From Escherichia phage vB_EcoM_G8, in the sequence record NC_054915.1: 64,000 nt of DNA; one strand, 5' to 3'. The position numbers and the translations under genes are program-made. The notes beneath the pieces were generated by a model. The model did no database searches and was not told the origin of the DNA. It saw only the letters and a program-made list of their open reading frames with translations. The stretch's first letter is position 1. Each line of letters opens with the position of its first letter. Below are positions 59,276 to 64,000 of this stretch, piece after piece.

Positions 59276-59813
59276 TTACTATTTCCAAAAGTTTATTATT
59301 TTTAAGGTAATTAGCCTTTTCTAGGACTTCAGAAGCATATTTAGAACCTGCTTTAACATTCCATCCCGAATTATAAGAGGATATTGCTTTTCTTATATCG
59401 CCCTTATGTATATTTAACCAATAAGAAAGTTCAATGTACGCCCAGGAAGCTGAATTGGACCGTTTATTCAACATTCTTTTTATTTCAGCATCGGTCATAT
59501 TATAACCAAGTTCCTTAACTCTTGCTCGCATAGTAGGCAAATAATTTTGGAACATTCCGTAGGCGTGATGCTTTGGTTTAGATTTTAAATTAACTCCGCC
59601 AGAGCTTTCTTGCCATAAAATAGCAGCCATTATATGACCTAATCCGCTCTTGTGGATATTTTTGTGTGTTTTATATTTTCCATCCTTAGAAAATTGTTCC
59701 CCGAATTGATACGCGTAACGCATGTTATCGAGTTGGACATTACTGAAAGTATGCTCGGAGCTATGTGCCATCATTGAAATGGCCAATAGACCAGCGAGTA
59801 GTGCTTTTCTCAT
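59268..59813 (-). CDS. secreted lytic-transglycosylase-like protein
   Basis: 181-aa ORF; signal peptide; ESSGG...YGMFQ resembling SLT catalytic motif. Confidence 0.5.
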   Translation of the reverse strand: MRKALLAGLLAISMMAHSSEHTFSNVQLDNMRYAYQFGEQFSKDGKYKTHKNIHKSGLGHIMAAILWQESSGGVNLKSKPKHHAYGMFQNYLPTMRARVKELGYNMTDAEIKRMLNKRSNSASWAYIELSYWLNIHKGDIRKAISSYNSGWNVKAGSKYASEVLEKANYLKNNKLLEIVND

Positions 59814-59820
59814 GCTTACC

Positions 59821-60282
59821 TCATTGAGTTTTAATTACTGCTTTAGAAGCCTTTCCTGGTAAACGACGACTGTTGATAATTGCCATCCTGCATTGAAGTG
59901 ACGGGTTTTTGAACTTCTCATTAGGCTTACAAACCGTAAATCCAAGCCAAAGATTTCCATCTGTAATTTCCAAACGCCCAGGACGATATTCAACCCCATC
60001 AATAAAATCCTCGTCAATGTCAGGACGCGGAGGCATACTCAGGAATTCATTAACTTCTAAAACATGGTCTTTTATTTTATGGAATAATTCAAAAACATAT
60101 GTCTCATCAATCTCCCGTTGAATTGCACGATCAAGAAGATGTTGAGAATATTTTAGATGAAACGATGAGACTCCTGCTGCTTTTGATGCCTCACGAATCT
60201 CATTGTTAATTTGACGAAACTCCGACTCAAAGTGACGACGAAGCTTATTTCGACGGATAAAAACTTCTGTATTGATAGTCAT
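59821..60282 (-). CDS. regB: RegB endoribonuclease
   Basis: 153-aa ORF, T4 RegB length; early promoter and GGAG RBS upstream. Confidence 0.88.
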   Translation of the reverse strand: MTINTEVFIRRNKLRRHFESEFRQINNEIREASKAAGVSSFHLKYSQHLLDRAIQREIDETYVFELFHKIKDHVLEVNEFLSMPPRPDIDEDFIDGVEYRPGRLEITDGNLWLGFTVCKPNEKFKNPSLQCRMAIINSRRLPGKASKAVIKTQ

Positions 60283-60309
60283 GTTATTCTCCTCTTAACT
60301 GATAGAAAA

Positions 60310-60339
60310 ATTATACCACAGTCAAGAGGAAAAGTAAAC
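60310..60339 (-). promoter_or_regulatory. T4-type early promoter for regB
   Basis: plus strand attataccacagtcaagaggaaaagtaaac. Confidence 0.65.
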
Positions 60340-60341
60340 AG

Positions 60342-60662
60342 TTATTCTTTAAATCTGATCAATTTATTCATAGACTTTGAAACTTCTGCACGAACCTCAT
60401 GTAAGTTTTTAAGCTGTTCAAGACGCTGTTCATAGTAAGCAATTTCATCTTCTTCGAGACAGTCCTGTGAATCTTCTTTAAGATAGCGTGCATAGTCCTG
60501 GAAAGCTTTACGGACTACTTCCTGGAAGTCATCAAGACTTTGAATTTTCTTAGGAGCGGCAGATACACGACGAGGGGCAGTATAATACTCATAACCAAAC
60601 CCTGCACTTAATTGAGCCATTAGTATTTTTCCTCTGGTTGGAACACAGCACGGCAAGCCCAC
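60342..60662 (-). CDS. hypothetical protein (vs.x series)
   Basis: 106-aa ORF. Confidence 0.5.
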   Translation of the reverse strand: MGLPCCVPTRGKILMAQLSAGFGYEYYTAPRRVSAAPKKIQSLDDFQEVVRKAFQDYARYLKEDSQDCLEEDEIAYYEQRLEQLKNLHEVRAEVSKSMNKLIRFKE

Positions 60663-60922
60663 ATACTTGCTTCTTTGAGTTTCGTTTTAGCAATAGTTAA
60701 CTGATCGAGGCTTTCGGCGTAATTCTTCGCGAGTTCATCATCTTCACAGCTATCAAATGCTTCCCAGAATTCATCGTATAAAGCGTCAAAGATAAGTCCT
60801 AAACGAACTTCAGCGTCTTTGATAGCATTCACTTTACCGATTTTCTCTTCAGTATGCGGCTTATAACCCTTAATATCTTCAATCATATTTGACTTCCTCA
60901 CCAGTACATAAATCATATTCAA
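60620..60922 (-). CDS. hypothetical protein (vs.x series)
   Basis: 100-aa ORF. Confidence 0.5.
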   Translation of the reverse strand: MNMIYVLVRKSNMIEDIKGYKPHTEEKIGKVNAIKDAEVRLGLIFDALYDEFWEAFDSCEDDELAKNYAESLDQLTIAKTKLKEASMWACRAVFQPEEKY

Positions 60923-61100
60923 CTAAACGAATAGGTTCATGAATGCCATATCCCTGAACAGAAATTTCTGTCGTAGGATAAATTCCATCAATATCACCCA
61001 TATTCCACGCTTCGTTAAATTGCTGTTCGCCTGAATTACTAAACCATTCGGCGAAAGCATTTAGCACATCTTCAGAACCTTCAATAATTATCTTTGCCAT
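60879..61100 (-). CDS. hypothetical small acidic protein
   Basis: 73-aa ORF. Confidence 0.5.
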   Translation of the reverse strand: MAKIIIEGSEDVLNAFAEWFSNSGEQQFNEAWNMGDIDGIYPTTEISVQGYGIHEPIRLVEYDLCTGEEVKYD

Positions 61101-61462
61101 TACAAACTCTCGGTAAAGGTACGAGCGATAACGTCGCGCTGCTGTTCCGGAGTCAGAGAGTTAAAGCGAACTGCATAACCGGATACACGGATGGTCAGCT
61201 GCGGATATTTTTCCGGATGCTTAACTGCATCTTCCAGAGTTTCACGACGCAGAACGTTAACGTTCAGGTGTTGACCACCTTCAATTTTAACTGTAGGCTG
61301 TTGCTCAATTTCAATTTCACGGGCATGCAAACCATAGAAAATTTCTGGGTCTACAAAAGAGTCCTCTTTAAAGGTTTTAGAGACAATAATTCGTGCTTGA
61401 ATACCATCTTCAAAATAAATAGTACCTTTATGTGTGCCTTCAAGAATTTGATATGCTTTCAT
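61100..61462 (-). CDS. autonomous glycyl radical cofactor (GrcA/YfiD-like; T4 Y06I-type)
   Basis: 120-aa ORF; C-terminal 60 aa ...[59 protein letters not shown] matches remembered E. coli GrcA and PFL glycyl-radical domain. Confidence 0.9.
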   Translation of the reverse strand: MKAYQILEGTHKGTIYFEDGIQARIIVSKTFKEDSFVDPEIFYGLHAREIEIEQQPTVKIEGGQHLNVNVLRRETLEDAVKHPEKYPQLTIRVSGYAVRFNSLTPEQQRDVIARTFTESL

Positions 61463-61469
61463 ATAAACC

Positions 61470-61850
61470 TCAATTAGAAAATAAATTTATCCAAGATTGT
61501 TCTTTAATTAAAAATGGCTCAGAATCATATGCCATTAAACTCTGTGTGATTAGTCCTTTAAAAGGCCCATCAATAAATTCCATGGTAAAATATGGAATTT
61601 TATTCATTAGCCGTGCATTAGGAGCAGTACATAAAACTCTGCATCCTTTGAATACACCTTTTTGTAATTTGTATTGCTTGGGATAAAATTCGCTCAAAAT
61701 GTTATTATTTGCTAAAATTTCAAAATGATTCACCAATTTATTTTTAATAGTTTTTGGCGAAAAATAAAGATATTCGAAAAGCTGAGTGTCTGTCATCATT
61801 GCATTCCGATTACGAAAAACTGTGGACGAGTAATACCACCAATACAACAT
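61470..61850 (-). CDS. hypothetical protein
   Basis: 126-aa ORF. Confidence 0.5.
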   Translation of the reverse strand: MLYWWYYSSTVFRNRNAMMTDTQLFEYLYFSPKTIKNKLVNHFEILANNNILSEFYPKQYKLQKGVFKGCRVLCTAPNARLMNKIPYFTMEFIDGPFKGLITQSLMAYDSEPFLIKEQSWINLFSN

Positions 61851-62338
61851 TTAATATTACAGCAGCAGCAGTGTACAGTGTCAATATGGACACTATAAAT
61901 CTTATCCATATCAGGAGATTTGACAGGCTCATCAATTATATACAAAATTCGCGAAAGCGATAAACCTCTGAACTTGCTTCCTTTATTACCAATAAAACTG
62001 CGTACAGAATCAGTAAATAAACGAAAACGTATATCATCATTAGAATAACGCGAAAATTCCTTTTTAATGTTATTTGCAGAAATTTTAGCGTAAGCTGAAG
62101 TATTAGAAAGAACAATAACTGTTCCGCCATCATACAACCAATTAGCAGCAAAGTTAGTCACAGCAATTGATTTACCGGATTGACGTCCACCGTCTAGTCG
62201 AAGTGTGCAATACTGTTTAAGTAAGTCTTCAAATGGCGGGATATATTCGTTTTTACAAATTTCTTCTACTCTAGCATCAGAATGGTGTGTAAAAGCATTC
62301 ATCAGGGATAGATAAGGACCAGTTAAAAATGTTCTCAT
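61796..62338 (-). CDS. hypothetical protein with P-loop-like GGRQSGKS and C-terminal CCCC cluster
   Basis: 180-aa ORF. Confidence 0.5.
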   Translation of the reverse strand: MRTFLTGPYLSLMNAFTHHSDARVEEICKNEYIPPFEDLLKQYCTLRLDGGRQSGKSIAVTNFAANWLYDGGTVIVLSNTSAYAKISANNIKKEFSRYSNDDIRFRLFTDSVRSFIGNKGSKFRGLSLSRILYIIDEPVKSPDMDKIYSVHIDTVHCCCCNIKCCIGGITRPQFFVIGMQ

Positions 62339-62503
62339 TTCTTCTCTCTAAATTTGGGCCATTCCGTGGCGCATGAATTGTCCATTTCTGTATTTACCCA
62401 TTACCGCACTTGGGCTCGACCTTATTACAGGTTGGCGGGAATCCCTCATAGAATCATGAGGTCCAGGTTGTTCCCATTTTATTTGAATGTAAATAGGTCT
62501 GAG
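62339..62503 (-). other. GC-rich structured intergenic region (nested stem: GGGAA...CCUCAU-loop-AUGAGG...UUCCC)
   Basis: read directly; no ORF on minus strand; composition contrasts with AT-rich flanks. Confidence 0.5.
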
Positions 62504-63082
62504 TTAGGAATTACGGGCTGCATTAGCAACGGCGTAAGCGTACTGGACATTAGCGTCTTTAAACGTACCTTTAGAGGTATCTATTTCTGCCTTAAAGCCG
62601 CCTTTAGCCATAACATCGGCAAATTCTTTACGGAAAGCCATTGCATCAAGACCTTTCCATGATGATTTATGCTTGGCAAATTCAAGACCAGCGTAGTTGA
62701 CAGCCTTAGCTAATTTATTATCAATAACCCATTTACCGGCTTTAGGCACAAACTTCGGGCCTTTTTGTTTAGAGAACAGTTTTAAATTCCAGCGACGAAG
62801 GTCACTGTCGGCTTTAACAAAAGCTGCGTCTAAGTTACTAGCAACAACATCTTCAATATGGGCAAATTTAAGTCCGTCAACTTCAATATTTAGATCGTTA
62901 CGCCAGCGAAGTCCTTCCCAAGCGAAGGCTTTAAAGTCGGAAGCCTTTGTAGCTAAGTACCGTTCAATAGGAGCTGTTTTAGGGTCAAAGCCGTTTCCCG
63001 ATCGGTAGGTCCACTCATCTTTATTAATGCCTTTGGCCTTTACTATAGAAGCTTCGGCAATAAATTCTTGATAGGTTTTCAT
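62504..63082 (-). CDS. internal protein, IPIII-like, with N-terminal capsid targeting sequence
   Basis: 192-aa ORF starting MKTYQEFIAEA (CTS shared by T4 internal proteins). Confidence 0.75.
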   Translation of the reverse strand: MKTYQEFIAEASIVKAKGINKDEWTYRSGNGFDPKTAPIERYLATKASDFKAFAWEGLRWRNDLNIEVDGLKFAHIEDVVASNLDAAFVKADSDLRRWNLKLFSKQKGPKFVPKAGKWVIDNKLAKAVNYAGLEFAKHKSSWKGLDAMAFRKEFADVMAKGGFKAEIDTSKGTFKDANVQYAYAVANAARNS

Positions 63083-63143
63083 GTGTTTCCTTGTTTGTTT
63101 TGATAGAGTAATTATACCATATTAATACTTAAGCGTAAACCGT

Positions 63144-63404
63144 TTAAGCTTTACTGCCAGAAATAATTCCGAAGTTGTTAAAATCATATCCAATATCGTC
63201 AACATCTACTTTAGGACTTGCTACAACATAAGCAATTTCACTACGTTTTGCACAGGTGTTGATTTCTTTACCATCGCCACCTAAGAAAGAATACCCATTA
63301 CGTTTTAATGAGCCAAAGTCTTCCGCATCACCAATGAAAGCTTTAACTTTAAATTTAGAACCTCTGGCATCTGCTTCAACGATAAATTCTTGATACATTT
63401 TCAT
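63144..63404 (-). CDS. internal protein with capsid targeting sequence
   Basis: 86-aa ORF starting MKMYQEFIVEA. Confidence 0.7.
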   Translation of the reverse strand: MKMYQEFIVEADARGSKFKVKAFIGDAEDFGSLKRNGYSFLGGDGKEINTCAKRSEIAYVVASPKVDVDDIGYDFNNFGIISGSKA

Positions 63405-63410
63405 TTTTCC

Positions 63411-63524
63411 TTAGTAAATTGATTTACCAAAGTATTTGTACCAAGTCGGACGTTGATCAATTTTTTCATCTAAGCGTGCTTGATTTATCGCAATGGACGC
63501 TTCGGACGGGTCATAATTTCCTCC
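63411..63524 (-). pseudogene. denV: 3' remnant of denV (endonuclease V / pyrimidine dimer glycosylase), last about 37 codons only
   Basis: frame reads ...[37 protein letters not shown] matching remembered T4 EndoV C-terminus ...[38 protein letters not shown]; upstream part replaced by promoter sequence. Confidence 0.6.
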
Positions 63525-63541
63525 AAGTAGTTGATGAATGT

Positions 63542-63571
63542 ATAGTATCAAAACCCTTGGAGGAAGTAAAC
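63542..63571 (-). promoter_or_regulatory. T4-type early promoter immediately upstream of denV remnant
   Basis: plus strand atagta-18nt-gtaaac. Confidence 0.6.
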
Positions 63572-63573
63572 AA

Positions 63574-63855
63574 CTATTTTTCTGAAGCGCCTGAAATATA
63601 TTTTTCAAGACGTTGTTTCATCAGTGAGCCGTTCTTAGCGATTTCTTCCGGTTTATCGCACATACGCAACAAGGCTTCAAGCTTAACGATATCACTGGTG
63701 CGCTCAAATTTGCGAGTATCTATCTTACTAGCAAGTTCAGAAATACGTGCTAATAGACTTTCAGCTTCAACCAAAGCTGCACCTAGCTTAGTTGCAAATG
63801 TGTCAGTAGCTTCGTTAAGAATAGATTCTGATAAAAATTCACTATATGTTTTCAT
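63574..63855 (-). CDS. internal protein with capsid targeting sequence
   Basis: 93-aa ORF from [11 protein letters not shown]; ATGA overlap with stop of gene e. Confidence 0.65.
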   Translation of the reverse strand: MKTYSEFLSESILNEATDTFATKLGAALVEAESLLARISELASKIDTRKFERTSDIVKLEALLRMCDKPEEIAKNGSLMKQRLEKYISGASEK

Positions 63856-64000
63856 ATATACGCTTTCCAAGTTCCTGTTTTAAATGTTGAGATTACGCGT
63901 TTCGCGCGATTAGGTGTCTGACGATACCATTTAGATTGGGCTAGATTTACTGCTGCTTCATCCCAGCGTTTTTGTTGGAGCATACGTAAAGAATTAGTAA
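63852..64000 (-). CDS. e: lysozyme e, C-terminal 49 codons (gene continues beyond window end)
   Basis: translation ...[47 protein letters not shown] matches remembered T4 lysozyme C-terminus. Confidence 0.85.
   Translation of the reverse strand, partial: TNSLRMLQQKRWDEAAVNLAQSKWYRQTPNRAKRVISTFKTGTWKAYI

Noticed and set aside
62339-62503. Possible tRNA in the GC-rich intergenic region
   Set aside because: No cloverleaf: no T-arm GTTCRANYC motif or acceptor-stem pairing found on either strand. Kept only as a generic structured region.
63500-63520. ATGACCCGT preceded by GGAGG, resembling the denV start (MTR) as a possible deletion junction
   Set aside because: The ATG is out of frame with the denV-like C-terminal reading frame and arises within codons N-Y-D-P; judged a coincidence.

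Overview
This window reads as the early/middle region of a T-even (T4-like, Tequatrovirus) coliphage genome, running from rIIA through the replication, recombination and nucleotide-metabolism genes to the internal-protein cluster and the 3' end of lysozyme e. Nearly every gene is on the minus strand. Core proteins (Dda, gp41, gp43, UvsX, gp45, gp55 and others) match remembered T4 sequences closely, but several loci look T2/T6-like rather than T4 sensu stricto: an uninterrupted topoisomerase gene 39 (no gene 60 split), a GT-A glycosyltransferase where T4 has beta-gt, and only a 3' remnant of denV. Regulatory content includes about 15 canonical T4 early promoters, two late promoters, one candidate MotA-type middle promoter, the gene 43 translational operator, and a family of C(UUCG)G stem-loops, several of them paired with early promoters as repeated promoter/stem-loop cassettes. 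Mobile elements are the nrdD group I intron with its I-TevII-like endonuclease, a Seg-like GIY-YIG gene wedged between gene 49 and nrdD, and an HNH endonuclease between agt and gene 55. I see no tRNA, rRNA or CRISPR. I found no unambiguous brand-new multi-gene system; the best candidates for unusual biology are a mosaic host-derived GrcA-like gene, the rearranged internal-protein/denV locus, accessory ORFs flanked by the repeated cassettes (lipoprotein pair after imm; ATPase plus nucleotidyltransferase pair), and a macro-domain protein. All identifications rest on reading the sequence and recalled family knowledge; no database search was run, and hand-derived coordinates (small ORFs, promoters, hairpins) may be off by 1-2 nt.
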